Below, in pieces: positions 18,199-27,448 of a DNA stretch of 39,648 nucleotides. Each line of letters starts with the position of its first letter. The first letter of the stretch is position 1. The DNA is taken from sequence record SRR31156797_5036. One strand, given 5' to 3'. A program made the position numbers and the translations under genes. The notes beneath the pieces are model-generated. The model made no database searches, was not told the origin of the DNA, and saw nothing but the letters and a program-made list of their open reading frames with translations.

Positions 18199-18346
18199 AG
18201 GAAATGGGACGTTTTTCCAATTTCGGATCTAAAGTTCTTTCCAAAATGCATTATTTTGTCTATTATTTCCGATAATCCCCCTCTCGATTTTTGCGTTACC
18301 CAAAATAAGTGAAAACGTGCTGAAGTAGGTCAGATAGGATAAGGAA

Positions 18347-19978
18347 ATGACTTCCGAATTGGCTTTCCAAATGCTTTCAAAAGGTTTGGGTGGGTTGGCC
18401 ATTTTTCTCTTTGGAATGAAGAGCATGTCCGAAGGGATGAAGGCCGTGGCCGGTCGGCGTATGCGGCGCATCATCGCTTCCGTTACCGATAATCCCTTCA
18501 TGGCCGTGGCCGCCGGGATCGGTGTTACATTCCTGCTTCAATCCAGTTCCATCACCACCGTACTCGTTGTGGGATTTGTGAACAGCGGCCTCATGATGCT
18601 GACCCAGGCCATCGGCGTCATCCTGGGGGCCAATATCGGAACCACCATAACGGGGTGGATACTGGCGCTGGAAGTGGGGAAATACGGCCTTTTCATCATA
18701 GCGGCCGGTGTTTTCCTCCTGTTTGTTGCCAAGGCCGAACGCACGCGATTCATCGCCGGGGTGATCATGGGCCTGGGAATGATCTTTTACGGCCTTGAGT
18801 TGATGAAAAACGGGTTTAAACCCATGCGGCAGATGCCCCAATTCGTCGAGTGGTTCAGCTTTTTCACCGCAAACGACTATGTGGGTGTCCTGAAATGTGC
18901 CCTTGTGGGGTGCATCCTGACCCTTATCGTTCAATCATCATCCGCCACCCTGGGGATCACCATGGGGCTTGCCGCCACCCGGGTGATCCCTTTTGAAACC
19001 GCCGCGGCATTGGTACTGGGTGAAAATCTTGGAACCACCATCACGGCGCTTTTGGCCTCCATCGGAGCCAAGCCGAACGCCAAGCGGGCCGCCTACAGCC
19101 ATGTCCTCTTGAATTTTTTGGGTGTGGCATGGGTCACGGCGATCTTTCCCTTTTATATGGATGTGCTCAACCGTGTTGTGATTTTGGGTGATCGTCTTTT
19201 GGGGATGAACTTGAACGTAATGGCAAAAATCGCACTGGTGCACACCGGGTTCAATCTCCTAAACACCTTTCTTTTTCTCCCGCTCATACCCCTTCTCGCC
19301 TGGGTGGTGACAAAGATGGTACCGGATAAAGTCGATACCATCGACATCTCCAAACCAAAATACATAAACGACCAAGTTCTAAACAGCCCCGACATGGCCC
19401 TCAATCTTCTGGAAAAGGAACAGAACCATCTTATTAAAACCCTTCAGGCCTACGTTGACGTTATCCGGAAAGAAGGTTCGGCAGCACAACTGTCAAAATT
19501 GCACCAGGCCCTTTTGGAAGTTTTCAAAGAGGTGGAAGACTTTTCCACAGCGCTTGTGGATAAGAACTTGTCTCTGGAGCTCTCTGAACGTGTCCTGAAC
19601 GCCGCCAACCGTCAAAGCCTTATTGTGTCCATCGAAAACAGCCTGTTCAAATTGGGAGATTACCTGGACCGGTTGCCGTCTCTGGATGCCCTGAACCAGC
19701 CGGCGAACAATTTCATTGAAGGCCTGGATGCCATTCTCCAAACGGCAACGGACACCATTGAATCTTCCGATCCCAATGATGTGGATATCCTGCTGACCAT
19801 TACGGGAGACAAAGGTGCCGTGATAAAAAAAATTCATGGGACCTATCTCTGTACCCAAAGCGACCTGGAGCTTCAAGACAAAGCCATTCTTCTCAACATT
19901 TCGAATCTCTTTGAGCGAATCGTCTGGACATTGCACAAATTGGGATTGCTCATGTATCCGGCTGATGACAGAAGGTGA
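18347..19978 (+). CDS. Na+/Pi cotransporter family protein with C-terminal PhoU-like helical domain
   Basis: Two QSSS repeats with GANIGTT and GENLGTT, and multiple TM segments. Confidence 0.9.
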   Translation: MTSELAFQMLSKGLGGLAIFLFGMKSMSEGMKAVAGRRMRRIIASVTDNPFMAVAAGIGVTFLLQSSSITTVLVVGFVNSGLMMLTQAIGVILGANIGTTITGWILALEVGKYGLFIIAAGVFLLFVAKAERTRFIAGVIMGLGMIFYGLELMKNGFKPMRQMPQFVEWFSFFTANDYVGVLKCALVGCILTLIVQSSSATLGITMGLAATRVIPFETAAALVLGENLGTTITALLASIGAKPNAKRAAYSHVLLNFLGVAWVTAIFPFYMDVLNRVVILGDRLLGMNLNVMAKIALVHTGFNLLNTFLFLPLIPLLAWVVTKMVPDKVDTIDISKPKYINDQVLNSPDMALNLLEKEQNHLIKTLQAYVDVIRKEGSAAQLSKLHQALLEVFKEVEDFSTALVDKNLSLELSERVLNAANRQSLIVSIENSLFKLGDYLDRLPSLDALNQPANNFIEGLDAILQTATDTIESSDPNDVDILLTITGDKGAVIKKIHGTYLCTQSDLELQDKAILLNISNLFERIVWTLHKLGLLMYPADDRR

Positions 19979-20219
19979 GGCGATATCTTCGAATTCCCCT
20001 GCTCACCGCTGGCTGGGAAATCCCCGGTTTCCGGCTCAGCCACACCTGCCGAATCCTCAATTCACGGGTCACCCAGCAGCTAAAAATCCTGGATAGTAAC
20101 ATGAACCTACTTTTGGAGTTAATGTTTTAGTGTTTAAAGATGACCCCGATTCAACTCCGTAAAGCCCCATGGTTTTTTCGGTCAGCTTTCAGCGATTGAT
20201 CAAGCGTCAGCGACAAATG

Positions 20220-20864
20220 CTAGTAAAGTCTGAGTTCATGCCATATGGATCCTTTGGCTGTGAACGTCAGAACACGATCAGGGGTGCGGACGGTCGCTTT
20301 GCTTGATGTTGTTTTTATGGCCTCCATGGTTTCTCCTATCCGGAGGGAGATTTCGGAAAAAGCCGAAGTTCCCGCTGCCAGACCGAATGCACGGCTGCTT
20401 GTTACCACCACGGCAACATATTTTCCCACTTCCGCTGCAAGCAGCTCATCGTGAATGGGTAGTTGCGTTTCAACAAAACCATTAGACGTTGCATGAAAGC
20501 CGATGGCACGATCTCCGGTTACCAGCAAAGCCATATACGGCGATAGGGACGCAACCCCGTTTTCTGATTCGTCCAACCGCAAGGGCAATGCTTGCCACGC
20601 GCTGAATGAAGTGGATATTGCGGCAAAGCGCAGGTTGGTTAAAAATGCACCCAAATAACCGCTTGAACCACTCCATATCACCTTTTCATTGGTCCGAAGA
20701 CGGAAGGGAACCGCCTTTCGCCCCTCGACAATCGCTACCATTTTGCTTTTCGATTCCGCAATGTCGATTAAATCCTCAATTTCTTCCTCAGCATGGGAGG
20801 GTACGGTAGATAAAAGCATTGAAAAACAAATCAGAATAGAAAGAGATCCTCCACATGGCAACAT
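20220..20864 (-). CDS. Secreted hypothetical protein with about 39-aa internal repeats
   Basis: AAAGGAG RBS before ATG 20864, signal-peptide-like N-terminus ending SHA, and a repeated A-x-x-x-T-x-x-R unit. Confidence 0.7.
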   Translation of the reverse strand: MLPCGGSLSILICFSMLLSTVPSHAEEEIEDLIDIAESKSKMVAIVEGRKAVPFRLRTNEKVIWSGSSGYLGAFLTNLRFAAISTSFSAWQALPLRLDESENGVASLSPYMALLVTGDRAIGFHATSNGFVETQLPIHDELLAAEVGKYVAVVVTSSRAFGLAAGTSAFSEISLRIGETMEAIKTTSSKATVRTPDRVLTFTAKGSIWHELRLY

Positions 20865-20970
20865 GGCTCTCCTTTGAAAACGTGGGCTATGGAACATCAG
20901 GTTATAAATTTCCAATCTGGACCGCACTTGTAAATCCTGCCGCACCTTACGAGAATGTGCGTTTGCCGCA

Positions 20971-23148
20971 TCAGTCCGTCCAATGGAGGACGTCTTTCAT
21001 AATACACCACCGGGAACCGTTCTGAAATCTCGGTTTTCCGAGGATCCAGTAATCCCTCATGGCCTGGGTGAATCCCTCGGCCTCCTTTAAATCGAGCCAG
21101 TAGTTGACGAACTTGACAAGATCCGGGGAATTGGGGGGCATGAGATAGGCGAACAGGCAAGGGCCGGCCATCCCTTTCGGCCTGACGGCCGTTGCGCCTC
21201 CGTGGGACCGCGCATAGGCGGAAGCCTGTACGAAGGTCCACAAGACCGCATCGAAATCTTCAAATCCCGCCATATGATCATAGCTTTTCATTAACACCGG
21301 AGTGGCGTTTGGAAGCAGGTCTTTCAAAAGTGATGAAAAGGCCGCATCATCGAGAATGGCCACTTTTAGATCCTTTCGTTTGAGAATATCCTTTCGCGTG
21401 AGAAATGCCTTTGATTCTTCCGAAGGGACAATGAGCGCCGCCGGGCTCTGAAAGTAGGGTTTGGACAGGGTGAGTTCCCGGATCCTTTCCTTGGTGACCC
21501 AGGACCCGGTCATGACGATGTCAAAACGGTTCGCTCTCAACTCCTTAAGGACGCTGTCGGGCGGAAGCGGAACGAATACCAGCTTCACATTGAGGGCCTT
21601 GGCCAGTTCATAGGCAAAGGCCGCATCGTAACCCACCAGTTCACCCTTTTTATTCAAGTAGGAAAAGGGGATGATGGAATCCCAGTAGGCCACCCTCAGA
21701 CTTCCCGTACGTCGGATGCGGTCCAGGGTGCTTTCGCCGGGCAAGTGCCTTTCATGATCACTCCGGATGGGCTCTCCCTCGCGGATAATGGTCGCTTCCA
21801 CCCCTTCCGTCGTGGTGTGGGAGAGAGAGAAGGAAAGAAAGGGCGAAGGCCTTTTTTTGTCCAGTTTTTGTTCAATCCGACCCGCCCCCAAGACGATGAT
21901 GAAAATGAGGAAACCGGGCAACAGGAGTCCTTTTACGAGACGGCCCATGTGAAGGGTGATTTTCCCATAATATGAAAATGTAATCAGGAGCGTCAAAAAA
22001 GCGAAACCCACCACGGAAACAATCACCTGGCCGTAACGGGTAATGGTCATGGTTTCCACATAGATGGCGGAGATGTCGCCGGGAAAATCAAGCCATGAAC
22101 CCAAAAAGGAAACCGCATTCACGGTGGAACTGGGGGAACCGATGCAGGAGAGCAGGGTGAAAAAGGGGAGGAGGATCTTTTGCAGGGCGCCTAAGGGATG
22201 GTCCATCAATGACGCCGCGAATGGAATGAAAAGATAGACAAAAAAATTACCGAGCTGCCCCAGGGGGTAACTGATGGAAAGGGTCGTGTTAATGATCTCG
22301 TCACGCTCCTTTTCCACGATTCCCTGTCGGGCGGCCATTTTTTTGGACGCTTCCATGATAAATGGCAGGGCCACCACCGAAAGGGTCGTGGCAACGGAGA
22401 GCACAATGCCCGCTTGTATCTCCCGTATCACCTCTTTCGGGGCAATGGGCGTAAGGGCGGATATCACCCACGGCAGGACCCAAAAGGCAAGGATAAGGGT
22501 TCCGGCGGTAAAAAGAAATATGTACACCATAAGATGTTCCAACTGCTCCATATTGGCCGTGCCCGCCGTATTCGCGAACAGGGCGAATACGGCAAAGGGG
22601 GAGAGAAGGACGACCCAGTTCCAGATTTTGACGCTGGCCGTGCGAATCACATCGAGGGTTTCCAGAAAGCCTTCTTTGCGCTCATAGTGCTGAATGGCGA
22701 TACCGTAAAGAATGGCGAAGATCACCACCGCCGGCACGTAGTTCTCCGCCAGATCCAAAAAAGGGTTCGATGGAATCAGGAGCGTCAACAAATGAGATTC
22801 GGACGTCGCTTCCGTGGCGGCATCGATGATTGCCCGATACCCCGCGGTGGGGATCGCCTGGATCAGCAGGAGAATGGTCCCGAAGGCAATGCCCCAAACC
22901 ATAACGAAGAAGATCCAACCTTTTTGCAGAAGTCTTCGTGCCGTAAGCGGGGTCAAACGTCCGAGCCCGTGGAGCAGGGAACAGATGATGTACGGGTAAA
23001 CCACCGCCTGCAACAGCATGACGTATGCGGACCCTATTGAAGAGAATACCTTGCAGTACTCACCGAAAAATAGCCCGGCCATAATCCCCAGCAGGGCGCC
23101 CACCCCCACCCACAGGGGCAGATGGTTGGAATCATGTTTAGGTTTCAT
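20971..23148 (-). CDS. Dicarboxylate/amino acid:cation symporter (SDF) fused to a C-terminal family-3 substrate-binding domain
   Basis: N-terminal membrane domain (LIPSNPF, LSPFAVFAL) followed by TLDRIRRTGSLRV..PFSYLNKKGELVGYD..LTLSKPY. Start placed at MKPKHDS. Confidence 0.85.
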   Translation of the reverse strand: MKPKHDSNHLPLWVGVGALLGIMAGLFFGEYCKVFSSIGSAYVMLLQAVVYPYIICSLLHGLGRLTPLTARRLLQKGWIFFVMVWGIAFGTILLLIQAIPTAGYRAIIDAATEATSESHLLTLLIPSNPFLDLAENYVPAVVIFAILYGIAIQHYERKEGFLETLDVIRTASVKIWNWVVLLSPFAVFALFANTAGTANMEQLEHLMVYIFLFTAGTLILAFWVLPWVISALTPIAPKEVIREIQAGIVLSVATTLSVVALPFIMEASKKMAARQGIVEKERDEIINTTLSISYPLGQLGNFFVYLFIPFAASLMDHPLGALQKILLPFFTLLSCIGSPSSTVNAVSFLGSWLDFPGDISAIYVETMTITRYGQVIVSVVGFAFLTLLITFSYYGKITLHMGRLVKGLLLPGFLIFIIVLGAGRIEQKLDKKRPSPFLSFSLSHTTTEGVEATIIREGEPIRSDHERHLPGESTLDRIRRTGSLRVAYWDSIIPFSYLNKKGELVGYDAAFAYELAKALNVKLVFVPLPPDSVLKELRANRFDIVMTGSWVTKERIRELTLSKPYFQSPAALIVPSEESKAFLTRKDILKRKDLKVAILDDAAFSSLLKDLLPNATPVLMKSYDHMAGFEDFDAVLWTFVQASAYARSHGGATAVRPKGMAGPCLFAYLMPPNSPDLVKFVNYWLDLKEAEGFTQAMRDYWILGKPRFQNGSRWCIMKDVLHWTD

Positions 23149-23371
23149 GAGCCTTTCGGGAATCATATGAAACAATGAATTGTCGGCTGGTGGGCACTCC
23201 TTGAATGCCGTGGGAACCGAAGCCCGGCACATTCAGATCCGTTAATGATTTCGCCTGATCTAAATCGTCCAAACGTCGCAAGGCCCGCGTTTGTAAATCC
23301 CGCCGTATTTCACGAGAACGACCACGCTCGAACAATTCTGCGAGGCCCTTTTGATTGAAGCTCTTTATCAT
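23138..23371 (-). pseudogene. higB: Truncated HigB-type (RelE/ParE) toxin, no cognate antitoxin
   Basis: MIKSFNQKGLAELFERG...RRLDDLDQA..LTDLNVPG..HGIQG matches the HigB N-terminus. Similarity ends near 23192; the SIxVNGxWxIxF...YH end is missing and no HigA follows. Confidence 0.75.
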
Positions 23372-23563
23372 ATTCCGGACTGTATCATAAATGGTTACAG
23401 TATCAATAAGAATGTTACACCGTTTGCCCGTATCACCTTTTAAAAGAGGCTGAAAAAAGGTGAAACCCTATTTCACTCACAGATCGGGGTCTCACGCAAC
23501 ATCATCAGACTCGCGACATAACATCCCCATTCTCCGCGGAAGATGACGGATTGCATTTTTAGC

Positions 23564-23591
23564 TAAAGTATATGGATCCGATTTCCGATAA
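23564..23591 (+). promoter_or_regulatory. Sigma28 (FliA)-like promoter
   Basis: TAAAGT (23564), 16 nt after TAAA, then TCCGATAA (23584-23591), upstream of a chemoreceptor gene. Confidence 0.55.
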
Positions 23592-23713
23592 TTATCTAAG
23601 AATGCCCTTTGCCCCCGGGGGAACGGCTTTGCCTCCCACGGATGCGTTCAGGAGAGACGTCCGACGTCCATGCAAACTGTCGCGAATGTAAGCCATCAAG
23701 GAGATTAGGTTCC

Positions 23714-25657
23714 ATGAAAAGGATGAAACTGAAAAACAAGCTCATTTACGGTTCACTGGCAATGGTAATCCTGGTAATGGTCGTCGCTACAACCGCTGTT
23801 TCAATCGTCATCAACAGGCAGAACATCACCACTTCTTACGATCGGATAGGGAACTCCCTGAATATCATCCGGGAGGACCTTCAGGCCAAACAAAAGCAGC
23901 TCCTGTTCGATTCCCGCCAGGCGACCACCCTTGACGGCATGGCGGGAAAGGTCAAGTTCCTGTTTAATTACAAAAAAGAAAACGACCGCTCCGTTACCCG
24001 AAACACCTTTCGTGAAATGGCCACCACCCTGTTCAATATCACCAGCACGTCCGGTTTGTGGGAAATGGGCATGTACGACTTGGAGGGAGATCTCGATGCC
24101 TATGTGGTTCAAGTTGACGGAGAAACCTATTCTTTTGGTTATCCGGGCCATGCAGACGCCAAAACCCAGGGCATTACCATGAAGAGGGGAGAAGAGATAA
24201 AGCTGGAAGCGTGGAAAGAGCTTGAATCACTGCCGCATATGAACCTGAAACCCAAATTTGACGGGCGGATTCCTACCGAGGATACCATGCAATTCGAACA
24301 GGTCGGCGACGACCTCTCGATTGTCGCTCTGATTCCCGTCTTTTCCGACGACTACGACGGGAAAGCGGATGCCTTGGTGAAAAAGCAGTTCGGATTTTTG
24401 GTTGCCGTCAGAAAGCTCGACATGGCGTTTCTTTCCCGCATGTCAAAGCTTACCGGAATGGCCATTAACGTCTTCACCAATGATGGTTTGAGCATCGGCA
24501 CCATCGCGGATTACACCACGTTGAAATCCCCTGACGCAAAAAAACATGATGGCGCCTGGAACCTTGCCGACCAGGAAGTCCTGCTCAATGATGTGACGCT
24601 GGGAAAGGGCGTCTTTTTTCAGGGCGTCCTGCCTCTTTTCGGACCCGCGGGAAAGACGGGCGCAATTGCCGTTCTCCTCTCCAATGACATCGTCAAGACC
24701 AATACCTGGCAGATGATAAGGCTTCTGAGCATCGTCTATCTGGTCTGCATACTGATTATTATACCCGTGACTTTCATATTTTCCAACTCCCTTGCAAAGC
24801 CCATTAACAGGATCATCGAGATCCTCACCGACGTGGCCCAAAACTTGGCGAACGCATCCGGACAGGTGTCCGCTTCCAGCAGTGAGCTTGCAACGGGCGC
24901 GGCGGAACAGGCGGCATCCCTTGAAGAGACGTCGTCTTCCCTGGAGGAGATGTCGTCCGTCACAAGGCAGAATGCAGGACATGCAGGGGAGGCGGAAGTC
25001 GTAATGAAACAGGCCGCCGGCATTGTTAGAAAGGCCAATGACAGCATGTCGGCCCTTTCCTCTTCCATGGATGAAATATCCAAGGCCAGCGAAAACACCT
25101 CCAGGATTATCAAGACCATAGATGAAATCGCCTTTCAGACCAACCTCCTGGCCCTCAACGCCGCCGTGGAAGCGGCCAGGGCGGGTGAAGCCGGGGCGGG
25201 TTTTGCGGTGGTGGCGGACGAAGTGCGAAATCTTGCCATGCGAGCAGCGGAGGCGGCGCGAAACACTGCGGAACTGATAGAAGGGACGGTAAAACAGGTC
25301 CACGGCGGTTCGGCCCTGGTGGGCGAAACAGGTGAGGCCTTTGCCGAAGTGGACGTAAATGTCGCAAAAGGAAGCCGGCTGGTAAGCGAAATCGCCTCGG
25401 CATCCAATGAACAGGCCAAGGGGATAGATCAACTCAACAATGCCGCGGCCCATATGGACAGCGTCACCCAGAAAAATGCCGCCAATGCGGAGGAATCGGC
25501 CGCCGCGTCCGAAGACATGAGGTCTCAGGCGGAAAAGCTGGGAACAATTGTAGAGAATCTGGTTGGGCTGGTCGGCGGCGTTGCGGCACCTGGCGGATCG
25601 GCCCATAGGGTTAAAGGCGTTTTATTCCGGACGAGTGAAATAACACAAGACGGCTAA
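23714..25657 (+). CDS. Methyl-accepting chemotaxis protein
   Basis: Two TM segments flank a periplasmic domain. Signalling hairpin IAFQTNLLALNAAVEAARAGEAGAGFAVVADEVRNLA. Start at 23714 behind AAGGAG. Confidence 0.95.
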   Translation: MKRMKLKNKLIYGSLAMVILVMVVATTAVSIVINRQNITTSYDRIGNSLNIIREDLQAKQKQLLFDSRQATTLDGMAGKVKFLFNYKKENDRSVTRNTFREMATTLFNITSTSGLWEMGMYDLEGDLDAYVVQVDGETYSFGYPGHADAKTQGITMKRGEEIKLEAWKELESLPHMNLKPKFDGRIPTEDTMQFEQVGDDLSIVALIPVFSDDYDGKADALVKKQFGFLVAVRKLDMAFLSRMSKLTGMAINVFTNDGLSIGTIADYTTLKSPDAKKHDGAWNLADQEVLLNDVTLGKGVFFQGVLPLFGPAGKTGAIAVLLSNDIVKTNTWQMIRLLSIVYLVCILIIIPVTFIFSNSLAKPINRIIEILTDVAQNLANASGQVSASSSELATGAAEQAASLEETSSSLEEMSSVTRQNAGHAGEAEVVMKQAAGIVRKANDSMSALSSSMDEISKASENTSRIIKTIDEIAFQTNLLALNAAVEAARAGEAGAGFAVVADEVRNLAMRAAEAARNTAELIEGTVKQVHGGSALVGETGEAFAEVDVNVAKGSRLVSEIASASNEQAKGIDQLNNAAAHMDSVTQKNAANAEESAAASEDMRSQAEKLGTIVENLVGLVGGVAAPGGSAHRVKGVLFRTSEITQDG

Positions 25658-26907
25658 TAGCTTTCCACGATCCACACGTCCTTAACAGTGCTTTTTGTGA
25701 ACTGGTTGCCGGAGCGGCTTAAAATGGATTCATGGGGCCAGGTATCGTCTTTGCTCAGATTCCAAATGAAAATACCGTAGTAGTTTCCGGTGCACACATT
25801 GTTCTCAAGAACGTATCCGTAGGGGCTTTGGAAGTCTTCGTCACTGATCTCGATGCCGGGACCCAGATTGTCGCTAAAAAGGTTGTTTTTCAGCACAATA
25901 TCATGGCCCCCATCCACCCAGATCCCACCATCCCACCATTCATCCCCGGGATCCTCTATGGGTATCAGATCATTGGCCCGTACCCGGTTCCCCTCCACCA
26001 GCACGTTCACACCGTCTTCTACCAGTATGCCGCCTCCATTGTTCTCATACGAATCATTGTTCCGGATGACGCAATCCGTGCATGCGAAGGTATTGATCCC
26101 CGTGCCCAAGATTCCTTTCGGTTTGGGATCCGGACCGTTCTGAAATACCTGGTTGTCTTTAATAGTGACGGTTTGACATATGTCGATATGGATGCCGTAA
26201 CCTTCCACTTCCCACCCCTTCAGTTGGGATTTGAAACCGTTTTTATGAATTTTCAGATTCTGCATGGTGATCCCGGAACTCAGATAGACGCCGATGCCGA
26301 TGTCCGTGTAGTTTGTAAATTCCAAGTTATCAAAAAGGAGGTTATCGCATTTTTCACACCAAAAACCGATCTTAGCTGATCTCCGGCCATCAAATACGGG
26401 TTTTGTGCCGAGTCCACGGATGGTGATGGTGGATTCGGAACTCCCGATATTTTCCAGCATTAGTGCTTCATGATAGGTCCCTGAAAGTATGTAAATTGAT
26501 TCTCCCGGATGAACAACCTTCATTGCACGATCGAGTGTCGCAAAAGCCGTGGTCTTTGTCAGGCCATTGGATTGGTCATTTCCCTGCGTCGACACATAAT
26601 ATATTTTGCCGCCCTGTTTTATGTGGACAATAGCACCTTTTTCCGCATGGAATCCGCTCCCTACCTTTACTTTCGGCGCTCTAAAAGTGACCTTGGCACC
26701 GTTCTGAATGGTGACTCCGGCTCCGATCGTGATTGATTCGCCGCCGATACATTCGCATTCGGCCCCGGAGGTAAACGTTACGTCCTTAAGCACCACCGCA
26801 TTCTCGGAACAGTTAGGGCATGAAACATCCGCGCCCTTCGTCTGCACAACAAAAGCATTGAATACGGCAAAACATATTGTAAAGAATACAAAACATACTC
26901 TTTTCAT
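25654..26907 (-). CDS. Secreted right-handed parallel beta-helix (pectin lyase-like) protein
   Basis: Signal peptide, YYVSTQGNDQSNGL..AFATLDRA..LSGTYHE, then PbH1-like repeats (IRNNDSYENNGGGILVE, LKNNLFSDNLGPGIEI). Confidence 0.85.
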   Translation of the reverse strand: MKRVCFVFFTICFAVFNAFVVQTKGADVSCPNCSENAVVLKDVTFTSGAECECIGGESITIGAGVTIQNGAKVTFRAPKVKVGSGFHAEKGAIVHIKQGGKIYYVSTQGNDQSNGLTKTTAFATLDRAMKVVHPGESIYILSGTYHEALMLENIGSSESTITIRGLGTKPVFDGRRSAKIGFWCEKCDNLLFDNLEFTNYTDIGIGVYLSSGITMQNLKIHKNGFKSQLKGWEVEGYGIHIDICQTVTIKDNQVFQNGPDPKPKGILGTGINTFACTDCVIRNNDSYENNGGGILVEDGVNVLVEGNRVRANDLIPIEDPGDEWWDGGIWVDGGHDIVLKNNLFSDNLGPGIEISDEDFQSPYGYVLENNVCTGNYYGIFIWNLSKDDTWPHESILSRSGNQFTKSTVKDVWIVESY

Positions 26908-27448
26908 AATACACCGCCCAGGACCATTTCGTCAGAAAAATCAAAACTTCCGGGAGACCCATGAAGTAGTCTGACTATCGATAAAGGATGGACGACTCAA
27001 ATTTACGTAGGGAAACCATGTGGCACAGCACAATGTAAGGGTTTTTCTCATATGGTAACCTCCTGGATAGAGGTTGAGGGTTCGGCGGGAATACCTATGA
27101 TTGATGAGATGACAAAAAGCGCCTGATGTCAAGAAAAAACGGGTTTACAGAAATCTCATTAATGTCGCCGATTTTGGACTTGGGAAATGAAACATTATGG
27201 TCAGGATTCTTGATATGGATGTCCCATCTTGCCTTCTGATTTTACTCGATTTTGCTTCACTTGCACCTCTTTTTGCCGTTTCATAAAATATCAACCATTT
27301 CCACCTTATGCTTTACGAATATTCATAAGGGTTGTAATTGATCACGGGATAATCAGAAAATGGAAGCCGATCACTTCCCGTGAGCTTTGGCATGGGGTCC
27401 GAGAAGAACAAACTTGTTTGGTGTCACGTTTCGTCTAATCCGGGTTCC

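Noticed and set aside
19980..20150. Possible decayed transposase end (ends in ...AAAGATGACCCC)
   Set aside because: There is only a vague resemblance and no convincing protein motif in any frame.
23609..23700. c-di-GMP-I riboswitch upstream of the MCP (GCAAAC seen)
   Set aside because: The paired stem with GNRA loop and the downstream GACGCAAAGC element are absent.
24443..25606. 387-aa minus-strand ORF
   Set aside because: It is the antisense frame of the MCP signalling domain, a common artefact.
27021..27036. Sigma54 promoter (TGGCAC)
   Set aside because: There is no TTGC at the -12 position.
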